64,000 nt of DNA from a bacterium (GCA_963674965.2 CAXXFL010000006.1:544001-608000); one strand, 5' to 3'. Counted from the first letter of the stretch, positions 49,049 through 59,523 are shown. Numbers and translations: made by a program. Notes: generated from the sequence alone by a model not told the origin.

Positions 49049-50536
49049 CTATTTTACCACGAGCGGCACCTGCATGCCGTGGTGGAAAATCCAGGCCACC
49101 GCGATGGCGACGGGAATAACGAAGATGAACAGGGCCACGAAGTAGACGCCTATCATCCTTCCGAACCTGGACTCGGCCAGTTTTTTAAAGTCCGTAATCA
49201 CTCCGATGCTTACAAAAGTGAGCATGAAAAAGAGGGTCCTCATGCCCTTCTCGACCGGCTTGGCCCCTATCTTGGCCAGGTCGGTCACGTGGGGCAGGAG
49301 GAACAATATCCCCAGGTAGGCGAACCAGGTGCAGAAGTAGCCCAGCACGAACTTGGGGAAACGGTGCCATATCTCGGACTTGGGCACGATCTCGCCCGGC
49401 ACCCGGTCGATCTTGTACACCCAGACCAGGGCCAGCACGAAAGCCCATAGTCCTATGAACATGTCGATCCAGATTTTGGTCATGACCGCGCTGGTGGTGA
49501 TGTATCCTTCCTTCCAGACCGTGCCGTCCATGGCAAGTTTGCGGTTGCGCATAAGCTCGTCCATCACCGCCCCCGCCGCCGCGTCCGCCCCGTCGGTCTT
49601 GACGGCCATGCCCATGGCCGCGCCCGCCACCACCGGCTCGTCGATCATGGTGGCCGTGAAAACGGGCGGGAGGACCACAAGCTCGATGACGGCGTAGACC
49701 ACCACCAGGGCCGACACCATGACGGGAACGATGGGCTTGGCCCTGACGGCCCCTCCCGTGGCCACGGCCGCCGAGACACCGCAGATCGAGATGGCCGAGG
49801 CCAGAACGGCCGCCGTTTTTCTGGGCAGGTTGAAGATTTTCCTCGAGATAAGGTAGATGCCGGGCCAGAAAATCAGGTAGGCCACGATGGTCGCCGCCGC
49901 GCCCGCCAAGGCAAGCTCGAAAATAAAACCGGACGCCTCCATGGCCATGTAGCCCACTTTGACGCCCAGGAAAACGATGGCCGTCTTGATGTACCACTCG
50001 GGCTTGGCCGCTTCACAAAGGAACTGGGCCAGGGGCTTGGCAAAGTTGCCGATCAGAAGACCCACGATAAGGGCCAGGATATAAGCGGCCCCTCCCCCGA
50101 GAGACAAGCTGAAATCGAGACCGAACTTCTGTCGCTTGGTTACGTCGGCGGCCAAAAAGGCGTGATGGCCAAGTATCCAGCAGACGTAGGTGATAAAGAA
50201 AATAATGGTCCAGCCCAAAACGTACTTTTTCACGTTCCATCCCATGAAATAGGCGCCTATGGTAGTGGGGATGGTGAAGATAAGATAGCTTACGACAATG
50301 CTTCCGAACATGCCCAGGCTCTCATAGCCTTTTCCCATGGGTTTCACCGAGTTAAGCATCCCTTTCAGATCGACCCACTGGGACGGATAGGCTATCCAAC
50401 CCACCAGGTCTACGCCGGTTATGGAAAGGAGGCCGAGAAAGAAAAAAGTAAAGCCCAGCCATACCGACCACCAGTCCTCCTGGGAAGACATGCCGCTATA
50501 CCACTTCCTGTTCTCCAGGCTCATGGGAGCGCTCAT
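49049..50536 (-). CDS. Putative sulfate exporter (YeiH/UPF0324) family transporter
   Basis: EDWWSVWLG, PEWYIKTAIV, ASAISICGVSAAVA, IWHRFPKFVLGY; many TM helices. Confidence 0.85.
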   Translation of the reverse strand: MSAPMSLENRKWYSGMSSQEDWWSVWLGFTFFFLGLLSITGVDLVGWIAYPSQWVDLKGMLNSVKPMGKGYESLGMFGSIVVSYLIFTIPTTIGAYFMGWNVKKYVLGWTIIFFITYVCWILGHHAFLAADVTKRQKFGLDFSLSLGGGAAYILALIVGLLIGNFAKPLAQFLCEAAKPEWYIKTAIVFLGVKVGYMAMEASGFIFELALAGAAATIVAYLIFWPGIYLISRKIFNLPRKTAAVLASAISICGVSAAVATGGAVRAKPIVPVMVSALVVVYAVIELVVLPPVFTATMIDEPVVAGAAMGMAVKTDGADAAAGAVMDELMRNRKLAMDGTVWKEGYITTSAVMTKIWIDMFIGLWAFVLALVWVYKIDRVPGEIVPKSEIWHRFPKFVLGYFCTWFAYLGILFLLPHVTDLAKIGAKPVEKGMRTLFFMLTFVSIGVITDFKKLAESRFGRMIGVYFVALFIFVIPVAIAVAWIFHHGMQVPLVVK

Positions 50537-50537
50537 C

Positions 50538-50807
50538 TCAACTTACCTCCTCGGACCGCCGGGAGAGGTCCAGCCGAACGATCCGGTTGAAATAATGGTT
50601 GGAATACTGCCTGATCCATTGGGGAATGACGCCGTTGTCGAAGGTCATGCGGACGTATAGCTCATCACCGCCGCCCCCCTCCCCTTTGTCCCTGAAGGCC
50701 CGGGCAAGCTCGAGGTCGAGGTTGGCCAGGGTGTCGGCCTCGGCGCGGACGTCGCCGTTCTCGGCGATCCATCGCTTTCCGTCATGGATGAGCCTTAAGT
50801 CCAGCAT
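50538..50807 (-). CDS. DUF5395-like small protein (alternative TTG start at 50816)
   Basis: LIHDGKRWIA...MTFDNGVIPQWIRQYSNHYFNR; tightly coupled to the flanking genes. Confidence 0.65.
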   Translation of the reverse strand: MLDLRLIHDGKRWIAENGDVRAEADTLANLDLELARAFRDKGEGGGGDELYVRMTFDNGVIPQWIRQYSNHYFNRIVRLDLSRRSEEVS

Positions 50808-50812
50808 GGCCG

Positions 50813-51058
50813 TCAAGTAAGGAGAAACTTGTGGATCAGGTATCCGAACAGGGCCAGAAGAAAAAGGGCCGCCCCAAACGAGCCCAGCACGACCTTGGTC
50901 TCGATGGGGTCCCAGGGCTCGGCGTTCTCGAAAACGTCGTGGGTCTCGAGAGCGTCCACGCAAAGCGCGCCCTTTTCAGCCGCGCCTTCCACCTTCGACT
51001 CCGCGTCGAGGGCGTCGCAATTTTCCTCGACTTCCTCCGGCCGCTTGTTCTCGTCCAT
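50813..51058 (-). CDS. Small single-pass membrane protein
   Basis: RBS GGAGG; acidic N-terminus, EPWDPIETKVVLGS, then one TM helix. Confidence 0.65.
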   Translation of the reverse strand: MDENKRPEEVEENCDALDAESKVEGAAEKGALCVDALETHDVFENAEPWDPIETKVVLGSFGAALFLLALFGYLIHKFLLT

Positions 51059-51349
51059 TCTCACGCCTCCATTGGAAAGTAAAATGGTTGAAGGGGACCC
51101 TCCACGCGAACGACTCCATTTTAATACCGCCCCTTTTGCAATGCAATCTTTTTCGACCTCGGTTTTGAGGGACCTGCCGAGCGAGCGACGCGCGCCTGGC
51201 CGGCCGATATCCTTCTAACGCCACCCATCCATGGGCTCGAGGACGAAAGTTTTGGCTTCGTCTTTCATCAAGCGTCGAAGCTGAATAACGCGATAAACGT
51301 TGGAAGCGCGATACCGGATATGCCGGTACGCTATTAGGAGAGGTTTTTC

Positions 51350-51469
51350 ATGAAGACATTTGCGGCGATTATCGAAAAATGCCATGACACCGGATTGTAC
51401 GTGGGATACGCGCCGGGATTCCCGGGGCCCCATACCCGGGCGGAGAAAGGATATCTCCAGTCAAAATGA
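51350..51469 (+). pseudogene. Truncated HicB-family antitoxin remnant
   Basis: AGGAGAGG RBS, then MKTFAAIIEKCHDTGLYVGYAPGFPGPHTRAE (HicB N-terminal pattern) ending after 39 aa; no hicA partner visible. Confidence 0.7.
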
Positions 51470-51525
51470 AGGTCTTTTCGGCCGGGGGAAAGTCGGATGG
51501 CGGGAAATCCAGGTTGGGAGAGAAT

Positions 51526-51562
51526 AAAAAACTTTCGGCCCCCGTGAAGGCCGAAAGTTTTT
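51526..51562. terminator. Bidirectional intrinsic terminator downstream of tRNA-Pro
   Basis: AAAAACTTTCGGCC-N8-GGCCGAAAGTTTTT perfect inverted repeat. Confidence 0.85.
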
Positions 51563-51568
51563 ATTTAT

Positions 51569-51646
<78 letters not shown>

Positions 51647-51689
51647 TATATTTGGGGACCGGTTTTGCCGATCCCCTGATTGTTTTAGT

Positions 51690-52088
51690 TTATTCCGGAT
51701 ACCGGCCCTTGTCAAGCAGACGCTTTACTTTGCGCAGCTTGTCGGCGACTTCTTTAACCGCCGCGCTTTCGTCGAGGCCCTCGAATTGAATCTTGAGCTG
51801 TTTGGGGGCCTCTTCTTTTGGCGGGTCCTGTTTTTTTCCGTCCAGCCTGGTCTTGGCGCCGGCGATGGTGTACTTCTGATCGTAGAGCAGGTGTTTGATC
51901 AGGAGAATGGTCTCGACGTCCTTTTTCCGGTAAAGCCTCTGGTTGGACCTGGTTTTTTGAGGCTTCACCTGTTTAAACTCGGTCTCCCAGTACCTTAGCA
52001 CGTGCGGCTTAAGTCCGGTCAGTCCCGCCACCTCGCCGATGCGAAAGTAGCGCTTGTCCGGGAGCGATATTTTTCCCGTTTCGGACAT
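51690..52088 (-). CDS. MerR-family transcriptional regulator (ihfA-linked)
   Basis: [12 protein letters not shown]...[10 protein letters not shown]...QRLYR...YTIAGAK. Confidence 0.92.
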   Translation of the reverse strand: MSETGKISLPDKRYFRIGEVAGLTGLKPHVLRYWETEFKQVKPQKTRSNQRLYRKKDVETILLIKHLLYDQKYTIAGAKTRLDGKKQDPPKEEAPKQLKIQFEGLDESAAVKEVADKLRKVKRLLDKGRYPE

Positions 52089-52113
52089 GGCCTATTCTTG
52101 TCGTCCCGCCCGC

Positions 52114-52428
52114 TCAGTCCTCGTCGTCGCCCACTTCGCCGTCGGGGACCTCACCCAGGTTAACGGCCGTCTTGAGTATCTGGCTCGCCTTGAAAGTGAC
52201 GACTTTCCTGGCGGAGATGGTGATGGCCTCCCTGGTGTGGGGGTTTCTGCCGATCCTTTCCCGCTTGCTTCTGACCACGAAGTTACCGAAGCCGGAGATT
52301 TTAATCTTCTCGCCTTTCTCCAGGGACTCCTTCATGATCTCGAAAACCATGTCGACGATCTCCGCGGACTCCCGCTTCGAGAACCCAACCTGCTCGTAGA
52401 TCTTCTCGACGAGTTCGGCCTTTGTCAT
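52114..52428 (-). CDS. ihfA: Integration host factor subunit alpha
   Basis: MTKAELVE...KISGFGNF...GRNP...RKVVTFKASQILK; follows pheT. Confidence 0.95.
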   Translation of the reverse strand: MTKAELVEKIYEQVGFSKRESAEIVDMVFEIMKESLEKGEKIKISGFGNFVVRSKRERIGRNPHTREAITISARKVVTFKASQILKTAVNLGEVPDGEVGDDED

Positions 52429-52452
52429 GCCATTTCCTCCTTGCTCATGTTG

Positions 52453-54867
52453 TCAGCGTAAAGCGGCCCCCACCTTACGCTTTAGCTCCCCGGCTAGACG
52501 ATCGTGCTCGGCGCCGACCTCGTCGTCGGTCAAGGTCCGCTCGAGTGACTGATATCTCACGTGGAAGGCCAGGCTCTTTTTGCCCGCCCCCACCGCGTCG
52601 CCCCGGAAAACGTCAAATAACGTCATGCTTTCGAGGATCGGGCCCTTCCCCTTCATCGCCGCCCTGATAATATCCTCCATGGCGACCGTTTCGTCAACCA
52701 CCACGGCGATATCTCGAAGACTTGGCGGGAACTTGGAGATGGCCCGCGCCCTCGGAACGTAACCAGCATACTCGCATAGAATGTCAAACGCAAGTTCGGC
52801 AATGAAAACCGGACCTTTTAAGTCAAACGATTCGGCGACCCGGGGATGGACCTCGCCCAGCCGTCCCGCCGGGGTTTTTCCCGCCATCAGTTTGGCGCTT
52901 TTCCCCGGATGGAGAAAAGGCTCGGGTGAATCGTCGCGGTCTATCCTGGCGCCGGGAAATCCCATGGCCCCCAGTATTTGCTCGACCACTCCCTTCAGCT
53001 CGTAGAAGCCGTCATCGGGACCGGCCTCCGGCCAAAGGGTCTTGTCCTGAGAGGGCGAGAAGGCCAGGCATAAAAGGTTTCTTTGAATCGGCAACGCCTC
53101 GCCCGCGTCCTCAAAGGCTGAATTTATCTCGTAAAGCCTGATAGCTCCCGACTCTCCCCGGCTCCTGTTCATGGACAGGCAAGCAAGAGCCTTGGGAACA
53201 AGGCTTGTCCTTAAAACCGACTCGTCACGAGAAAGAGGATTGGCGATCTTCACGGACTTAAGGCGGGGATCGCCATCGGCCAGGCCAAGCAGCGACAGGC
53301 GCCTCGGGTCCTCGAAGCTCGTGAGTATGATCTCCGAGAAGCCAAGAGCGGCCAACCGCTCCCTTAGGCGGGAGGCGAACTCGAGGTCGGTCCTCCTCCG
53401 CATGGTCTCCATCTTGAAGCGAGGCGCGTCGGAGGGGATATTGTCGTAGCCGTAAAGCCTGGCAACCTCCTCAATAAGGTCGTGTTCCTCGAGAAGGTCC
53501 GGACGATATGAAGGAGGTATGGCCTCGATAGCGTCGCCCGCGAGCCTGGCCTCCATCCCGTCTAGACGTAGCAGAAGCTTGACCTGCTCCTCGGCGGAAA
53601 TCTCGGCCCCCAAAACGGACGAGGCCCGGGAGGGACGAAGCCGTATCACCGGGCGCTTGAACTCCTCTTTCTTGGCGTCCACCACTCCCCGCGCTATCTG
53701 ACCGCCGGCCAGTTCCTTGATGAGTTCAATGGCCCTGTCCGCGGCGGTCACCTGGAGAAGAGGATCGACTCCTTTGTCGAAGCGGCGGCTGGCCTCGGAG
53801 GGCAGTCCCAGCAGCCTGGCGGTCCTTCTTATGGAAGTCGGCTTGAAGCAGGCGCTCTCGAGCAGCACGTCCACCGTGTCTTCGCTTACCTCGGAATCGA
53901 GTCCTCCCATGACCCCGGCTATAGCCACCGGGCCCTCGCCGTCGCGTATCATGAGGCTGTCGTCGCGGAGCGTCCTTTCAACCCCGTCCAGGGTGACGAA
54001 CTTGTCGCCCGCCTTGGCGGTCCGGACCACGATCTTCTTTCCTCTTATCTTTGCGAAGTCGAAGGCGTGCAATGGCTGCCCAAGCTCGAGCATGACGTAG
54101 TTGGTCACGTCCACCACGTTGTTGATGGGCCTCATGCCGGCGGCCTCGACGCGGCTTGCCAGCCACTCCGGGGAAGGGCCGATCTTGATGCCCTTGATCA
54201 GCCTGGCGGCGTAGCGGGGGCACCCGTCGTAATCCTCGATGATCACCTCGACCTGGTCCTGGATGGGAGGTCCCGTCTCCTCGACCTCGAACCTCGGGGG
54301 CCTGGCCTTGTCCCCGGTTATGGCCGCCACCTCGCGGGCCGTTCCCAAAACGGACGTCATGTCTCCCCGGTTGGGGGTGGGCTCGGTCTCGATAACCGCG
54401 TCGTCGCTTCCCAGTGCCTTGGGAAGGGGAAGACCTATCTCGAGGCCGGCCGGCAGTATCCAGATGCCGGAGTGGTCCTCACTCATTCCCAGCTCACGCT
54501 CGGAGCAGAGCATGCCGTGGCTGGTAACGCCCCTTATCTTGGTCTTTTTGATCTTGAAGTCGCCGGGCAGTTCCGTTCCCACCGCGGCGAGAGGGACCAG
54601 GTCGCCCTCGCTGATGTTGGAGGCGCCGCACACTATGGTAAGGGGCTCCGCGCCCTTCTGAGCCACGACCTGGCAGACCGAGAGTTTGTCGGCGTCGGGG
54701 TGTCTTTCGATCTTCTCGATCCTGGCCGTAACCACGCCCTTGAAATCGGGAATGGGCGATCCCAGATTGACGGTCTCGCACCCGGTCATGGTCATGACGT
54801 GGGCGAGCTCGTCCGGGTCCATGTCCAGGTTAACGTATTCTTTCAGCCAACTCAGCGGTACCAGCAA
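52453..54867 (-). CDS. pheT: Phenylalanine-tRNA ligase beta subunit
   Basis: HPDADKL, IVCGA, GMLCS, TPNRGD, INNVVDVTNYV, GQPLHAFD, DLIEEVARLYGY, FDX-ACB C-terminus. Confidence 0.97.
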   Translation of the reverse strand: MLVPLSWLKEYVNLDMDPDELAHVMTMTGCETVNLGSPIPDFKGVVTARIEKIERHPDADKLSVCQVVAQKGAEPLTIVCGASNISEGDLVPLAAVGTELPGDFKIKKTKIRGVTSHGMLCSERELGMSEDHSGIWILPAGLEIGLPLPKALGSDDAVIETEPTPNRGDMTSVLGTAREVAAITGDKARPPRFEVEETGPPIQDQVEVIIEDYDGCPRYAARLIKGIKIGPSPEWLASRVEAAGMRPINNVVDVTNYVMLELGQPLHAFDFAKIRGKKIVVRTAKAGDKFVTLDGVERTLRDDSLMIRDGEGPVAIAGVMGGLDSEVSEDTVDVLLESACFKPTSIRRTARLLGLPSEASRRFDKGVDPLLQVTAADRAIELIKELAGGQIARGVVDAKKEEFKRPVIRLRPSRASSVLGAEISAEEQVKLLLRLDGMEARLAGDAIEAIPPSYRPDLLEEHDLIEEVARLYGYDNIPSDAPRFKMETMRRRTDLEFASRLRERLAALGFSEIILTSFEDPRRLSLLGLADGDPRLKSVKIANPLSRDESVLRTSLVPKALACLSMNRSRGESGAIRLYEINSAFEDAGEALPIQRNLLCLAFSPSQDKTLWPEAGPDDGFYELKGVVEQILGAMGFPGARIDRDDSPEPFLHPGKSAKLMAGKTPAGRLGEVHPRVAESFDLKGPVFIAELAFDILCEYAGYVPRARAISKFPPSLRDIAVVVDETVAMEDIIRAAMKGKGPILESMTLFDVFRGDAVGAGKKSLAFHVRYQSLERTLTDDEVGAEHDRLAGELKRKVGAALR

Positions 54868-55031
54868 ACCAACCTACCTCGCGAATTCCGACGCCCGGCC
54901 GGCCGGGAAACGGTATCGAGGCGAAAGGCCTTTCCTTTCGCCCAAAAGTTCCCCTCTTCCGCTCGGGCGGCGCATAAATTTTCAATTGGATTTTATTAAA
55001 CGATCCGGCCTGACTGCAAACGGCCGTCCCC

Positions 55032-56048
55032 CTAAAACTGCCTTAAAAATCTCACGTCGTTCTCGAAAAAACTTCTTATAGTTCCGATGCCGTATTTGAG
55101 CATGGCGATTCTTTCCACGCCCATGCCAAAGGCGAAACCGGTCAGTTTTTCAGGGTCGTACCCCACGTTTTTGAGCACCTGGGGATGGACCATGCCCGAT
55201 CCCAGTATCTCGAGCCACCCCGTTTTCTTGCAGACGGCGCACCCTGACCCCTTGCAGATGACGCACTCGATGTCAACCTCGGCCGAGGGCTCGGTAAAGG
55301 GGAAATAGCTCGGGCGGAACCTGACTCCCACGTCCTCCCCGAAGTAGCCGCGGATAAAGGCCATGAGAGCGCCCTTCAGGTGCCCGAAGGTCACGCCCTC
55401 GTCCACCATCAGCCCCTCCACCTGGTGGAACATGGGGGAATGGGTCAGGTCCGAGTCGCACCTGTACACGCGGCCGGGGCAGATTATGCGCACCGGCGGC
55501 TCGTGCTTCTTCATGGACCGTATCTGGACGGGAGAGGTATGGGTGCGCAGCACGACCTCCTCGTCAACGTAAAAGGTGTCCTGCATGTCCCGGGCCGGGT
55601 GGTCCTTGCCGATGTTCAGGGCCTCGAAGTTGTTGAAGTCGCTCTCCACGTCGGGACCGCTCTCGATCCAGAAACCCATGCCCGTGAATATCTTGACTAT
55701 CTCGTCCATGGCCCGGGTAACGGGATGGATCGAGCCAGTTACCGCTCCCATGCCGGGAAGGGTGACGTCGAGCCGGGAACTCTCGAGCTCACGGTTAAGG
55801 GCAATCTCCTTGATCCTGGCCTCGGCTTCCTTGATCCTTTCCTGCAGGGCCTTTTTGATCTCGTTGCCCAGTTTGCCGATCTTGGGGCGGTCCTCCGGCG
55901 CGGCCTCGCTCACCCGAGACAGGGCCTCGGTGAGACGGCCCTTCCGCCCGAGGTAGGACACGCGGATGGCCTCGAGGTCCTTGGCGTCCAAGGCCCCCTC
56001 GAGGTCCCTCTCGGCGCTGGCGCGAAGGTCTTGAAGCTCCCTTTCCAA
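55032..56048 (-). CDS. pheS: Phenylalanine-tRNA ligase alpha subunit
   Basis: HPARDMQDTFY, LRTHTSPVQ, FHQVEG, RFRPSYFPFTEPS, GFAFGMGVER. Confidence 0.98.
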   Translation of the reverse strand: MERELQDLRASAERDLEGALDAKDLEAIRVSYLGRKGRLTEALSRVSEAAPEDRPKIGKLGNEIKKALQERIKEAEARIKEIALNRELESSRLDVTLPGMGAVTGSIHPVTRAMDEIVKIFTGMGFWIESGPDVESDFNNFEALNIGKDHPARDMQDTFYVDEEVVLRTHTSPVQIRSMKKHEPPVRIICPGRVYRCDSDLTHSPMFHQVEGLMVDEGVTFGHLKGALMAFIRGYFGEDVGVRFRPSYFPFTEPSAEVDIECVICKGSGCAVCKKTGWLEILGSGMVHPQVLKNVGYDPEKLTGFAFGMGVERIAMLKYGIGTIRSFFENDVRFLRQF

Positions 56049-56057
56049 GCGCGACTC

Positions 56058-56411
56058 CTACAGCGCGGCCTGGGCCTTCTTGACGATCTCGGCGAAGGCC
56101 TGGGGCTCGTTGAGAGCGATGTCGGCCAGGACCTTGCGGTCGATCTCGACGCCGGCCTTTTTAAGTCCGCTCACGAACTTGGAATAGCTCATGCCGTGCT
56201 CGCGAACGGCCGCGTTGATCCTTACGATCCACAGGCCGCGGAAGTCGCGCTTTTTCACCTTCCGGTCGCGATAGGAATAGGCCAGGCCGCGGGTCACCGT
56301 TTCCTTGGCCACCCTGTAGTGGCGGCTCCTGGCGCCGCGATAGCCCTTGGCCATCTTCAGGATTTTCTTGTGCCGTCTTTTTCTGGGCACGCCGCTTTTC
56401 GCTCTAGGCAT
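56058..56411 (-). CDS. rplT: 50S ribosomal protein L20
   Basis: [12 protein letters not shown]...[22 protein letters not shown]. Confidence 0.98.
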   Translation of the reverse strand: MPRAKSGVPRKRRHKKILKMAKGYRGARSRHYRVAKETVTRGLAYSYRDRKVKKRDFRGLWIVRINAAVREHGMSYSKFVSGLKKAGVEIDRKVLADIALNEPQAFAEIVKKAQAAL

Positions 56412-56548
56412 GGATACACCCCTTTATTCGGTCCTCGCCGCTTTTCGCGGCGATGGATTTTCACTCGCGCCCCGAGGACGCGATAATTCCAAGAAACCAG
56501 GAAGGGCCGGGATTTCCTGGCCCTTCAGATCGATCCGGGAGAAGGCCT

Positions 56549-56746
56549 TTACTTGTAAGGTATCAGCGTCCTCGCCTGCTTCTCGTTGGCCGATCCCACC
56601 GTGGAACTCTGCCGAAGCTTTCTCTTGCGCGACCTGGTCTTCTTGGTCATGATGTGACTTTTATTGGCCTTGGCCCGTTTTATTTTTCCTGTCCCCGTCT
56701 TGTTAAGCCGTTTCTTGGCCCCGCTATGTGATTTTATTTTCGGCAC
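56549..56746 (-). CDS. rpmI: 50S ribosomal protein L35
   Basis: MPKIKSHSGAKKR...TGTGKIKR...LIPY; GTG start. Confidence 0.97.
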   Translation of the reverse strand: MPKIKSHSGAKKRLNKTGTGKIKRAKANKSHIMTKKTRSRKRKLRQSSTVGSANEKQARTLIPYK

Positions 56747-56760
56747 TTTATTTAGCTCCT

Positions 56761-57387
56761 TTACTCCGTCTCGTTCGTATTTTCAGGTCCGGCCTCCTCG
56801 GCCATCTCTTTTTGTTTGTCCTGTTTGACCTTCTTGGCCTGTTGCTCCTTGGTAAGGGGGGCCACCACGCAAATCAGGTTCCTTCCCTGCATCTCGCCGT
56901 TGTCCATGGGCAACCCCAGGTCCTCGAGTTCCTGGAGCACCGTCTGGAGCATTTTCCTTCCGATCTCGGGATGGACCATTTCCCGTCCCCTGTAGACGAC
57001 GTGGACCTTGACCCTGTCTCCCTTCTCGAGAAACTCCCGCGCCTTTTTCAGCTTGGTCTCGAGATCGTGCCGCTCGGTCTTGGTGCGCAGCTTGATTTCC
57101 TTCATCTGCTGCTGGGACTGTTTTTTCTTGGCCTCGCGGTTTTTTTTCTGCTGTCCGTAGATGAACCTTCCGTAGTCCATTATCCTCGCCACGGGAGGAT
57201 CGCCGCCCGGGGCGACTTCAACCAGATCAAGGCCCTTTTCGTGGGCCAGCGTTATGGCGTCTCTTGTCATCATAACGCCGATCTTGTTCTTTTCGTCGTC
57301 GATCACGAGAACCCGGGGAGCCCGAATCTTTTCGTTCACCGCGAACTCCTGCTCCGGCGCCGCTGTGGGTTTACCTTTTTTTCCCAA
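56761..57387 (-). CDS. infC: Translation initiation factor IF-3
   Basis: NEKIRA...LDLVEVAP...PPVARIMDYG...KEIKLR...GDRVKV...RGRE. Confidence 0.96.
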   Translation of the reverse strand: MGKKGKPTAAPEQEFAVNEKIRAPRVLVIDDEKNKIGVMMTRDAITLAHEKGLDLVEVAPGGDPPVARIMDYGRFIYGQQKKNREAKKKQSQQQMKEIKLRTKTERHDLETKLKKAREFLEKGDRVKVHVVYRGREMVHPEIGRKMLQTVLQELEDLGLPMDNGEMQGRNLICVVAPLTKEQQAKKVKQDKQKEMAEEAGPENTNETE

Positions 57388-57455
57388 GCGTTAAGTCCCT
57401 CCTGCCAAGGTTTTGCGCGAATCCGGCATCAGCCGCCCAAACCTCTTTAAGACCA

Positions 57456-59396
57456 TTAGTTTTTCCCGGACCTTTTTTCGAGAGGCTTTGTCTCAGGCAA
57501 CTTCATCCGAGGCGCGGCCTTCTCGATAAACTCCGAGACCTTCATTATTTTCCAGTCCTCGCCGCCATGGGTCCTTGGCGACACGCCGTCCGTCTCGGCC
57601 TCCTTGTCGCCAACCACCAGCATAAAAGGAATTTTCTCGACCTCGGCCTCCCTGATCTTTTTCTTGAGGCCCTCGTTGCGGTCGTCTATTTCCGCCCTTA
57701 TGCCGGCTTCCCTCAGCCTGGCTAAAACGGACCAGGCGTGCTCCACGTGCCGATCGGTAATGGGAAGTAGCCGAGCCTGCACCGGGGCCAGCCAAGCGGG
57801 AAAAGCTCCAGCGTAATGCTCTATCAAAACTCCCAGGAATCTCTCGATCGAACCCAGGACCACGCGATGGATCATGACCGGACGATGCTTGTTGCCGTCC
57901 GGTCCGATATAAGCGAGATCGAACCGGTCGGGCATCGTAAAATCGCATTGTATTGTAGCACATTGCCATTTTCTGTCAAGCGCGTCCTTAAGTTTGATGT
58001 CTATCTTGGGACCGTAAAAAGCTCCTTCTCCCGGGCAGATATCGTAGGGCTGTCCACTGGCGTCCAGGGCGTCGCGAAGGGCCTTGGTGGCCAGGTCCCA
58101 CACGTCGTCGGTACCGATCGAGTCGGCCGGGCGGGTGGAAAGCTCCATTTCCACTTCAAACCCGAATACTTCCATGACCTGAAGCACGAAGTCCATTACC
58201 CCCAGCACCTCGTCCTGGAGTTGGTCCGGGGTACACAGTATATGAGCGTCGTCCTGAGTAAAGGCCCTGACCCTGAAAAGTCCCGATAAAACGCCGGACT
58301 TCTCGTGACGGTGGACGTTGCCGAGCTCGAAGTAGCGGATGGGCAGGTCGCGGTAGCTTCTCACTTTACTCTTGTAAATCAGCATGTGAGACAGGCAGTT
58401 CATGGGCTTGATGCCGTACTCCACCTCGTCCACGGTGGTGAAGTACATGTTTTCCTTGTAGTGCTCGTAGTGGCCCGACTTCCTCCACAGCTCGCTCTTT
58501 AAAAGGGTCGGTCCGTAAACGATCTGGTACCCTCTTTTTATGTGCTCTTTTCTCTCGAACTCCTCGAGCAGGGTCCGTACCATGCCCAGCTTGGGATGAT
58601 AAACCAGGAACCCGGGCCCCACTTCCTCGTGGATCGAGAAAAGGTCAAGCTCTCGCGCCAGTCGTCTATGGTCGCGCTTTTTGGCTTCCTCCAGCCATGT
58701 AAGATACTTCTTCAGTTCCTTCTTGTCCGCGAAGGCCGCGCCGTAAATCCTCTGGAGCATGGGGTTTCTCTCGTCCCCTCTCCAGTAGGCCCCGGCCAGC
58801 CTGGTAAGCTTGAAGGCCTTGATCTTGCCCGTGCTGGGCAGATGGGGTCCCCTGCAGAGGTCCACGAAGTCGCCGTGCCGGTAAAGGGAAATGGTCTCGC
58901 CCTCCCCCAGGTCCTCGATCAGTTCGACCTTGTAGGTCTCCCCCATCTTTTTGAATAGCTCGATGGCCTCCTCACGGGTGACCACCTCGCGTGTAAAGGG
59001 CTTGTCGGCCTTGATTATTTCCTCCATCTTCTCCTCGATGCGGGGAAGATCGTCCGGGGTGAACCCAGGCGCGTAGTCGAAGTCGTAGTAAAAGCCGTTT
59101 TCGATGGCCGGCCCGATGGTGACCTTGGCCTCGGGGAAAAGGCCCTGGACCGCGTCGGCCATGACGTGGGCCGTGGAATGGCGAAGCACGTCCACCCCCT
59201 CGGGGTCCCTGAGCGTGACCGCCGAGAATTCCCCGCCGCCGGTCAGGGGCAGGTTAAGGTCTATAAGGGCGCCCTCAAGCCTGGCCGCAACCGCGGCGCC
59301 GGCCAGGCCCTTGGACAACCTCGAGAGCGCCTCGAGGGCGCTGACTCCATCCTCCACCTCGAGCTTCGAGCCGTCGGGAAGACTCAATACCGCCAT
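57456..59396 (-). CDS. thrS: Threonine-tRNA ligase
   Basis: [51 protein letters not shown]. Confidence 0.98.
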   Translation of the reverse strand: MAVLSLPDGSKLEVEDGVSALEALSRLSKGLAGAAVAARLEGALIDLNLPLTGGGEFSAVTLRDPEGVDVLRHSTAHVMADAVQGLFPEAKVTIGPAIENGFYYDFDYAPGFTPDDLPRIEEKMEEIIKADKPFTREVVTREEAIELFKKMGETYKVELIEDLGEGETISLYRHGDFVDLCRGPHLPSTGKIKAFKLTRLAGAYWRGDERNPMLQRIYGAAFADKKELKKYLTWLEEAKKRDHRRLARELDLFSIHEEVGPGFLVYHPKLGMVRTLLEEFERKEHIKRGYQIVYGPTLLKSELWRKSGHYEHYKENMYFTTVDEVEYGIKPMNCLSHMLIYKSKVRSYRDLPIRYFELGNVHRHEKSGVLSGLFRVRAFTQDDAHILCTPDQLQDEVLGVMDFVLQVMEVFGFEVEMELSTRPADSIGTDDVWDLATKALRDALDASGQPYDICPGEGAFYGPKIDIKLKDALDRKWQCATIQCDFTMPDRFDLAYIGPDGNKHRPVMIHRVVLGSIERFLGVLIEHYAGAFPAWLAPVQARLLPITDRHVEHAWSVLARLREAGIRAEIDDRNEGLKKKIREAEVEKIPFMLVVGDKEAETDGVSPRTHGGEDWKIMKVSEFIEKAAPRMKLPETKPLEKRSGKN

Positions 59397-59494
59397 TTCA
59401 CCATCTCCTTAAAAAAAGTTACCGCCCCGGCGTACGGATAAGCGCGCTTTCACGGCCGGGGCGAGACAATAGACATATCGCTGGCGTTCTATAT

Positions 59495-59523
59495 ATATTA
59501 AGGCATACCTCCACAAATTTCAA
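59495..59523 (-). promoter_or_regulatory. Candidate sigma70 promoter of the thrS operon
   Basis: TTGAAA-N17-TAATAT on the minus strand about 100 nt upstream of thrS. Confidence 0.55.
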
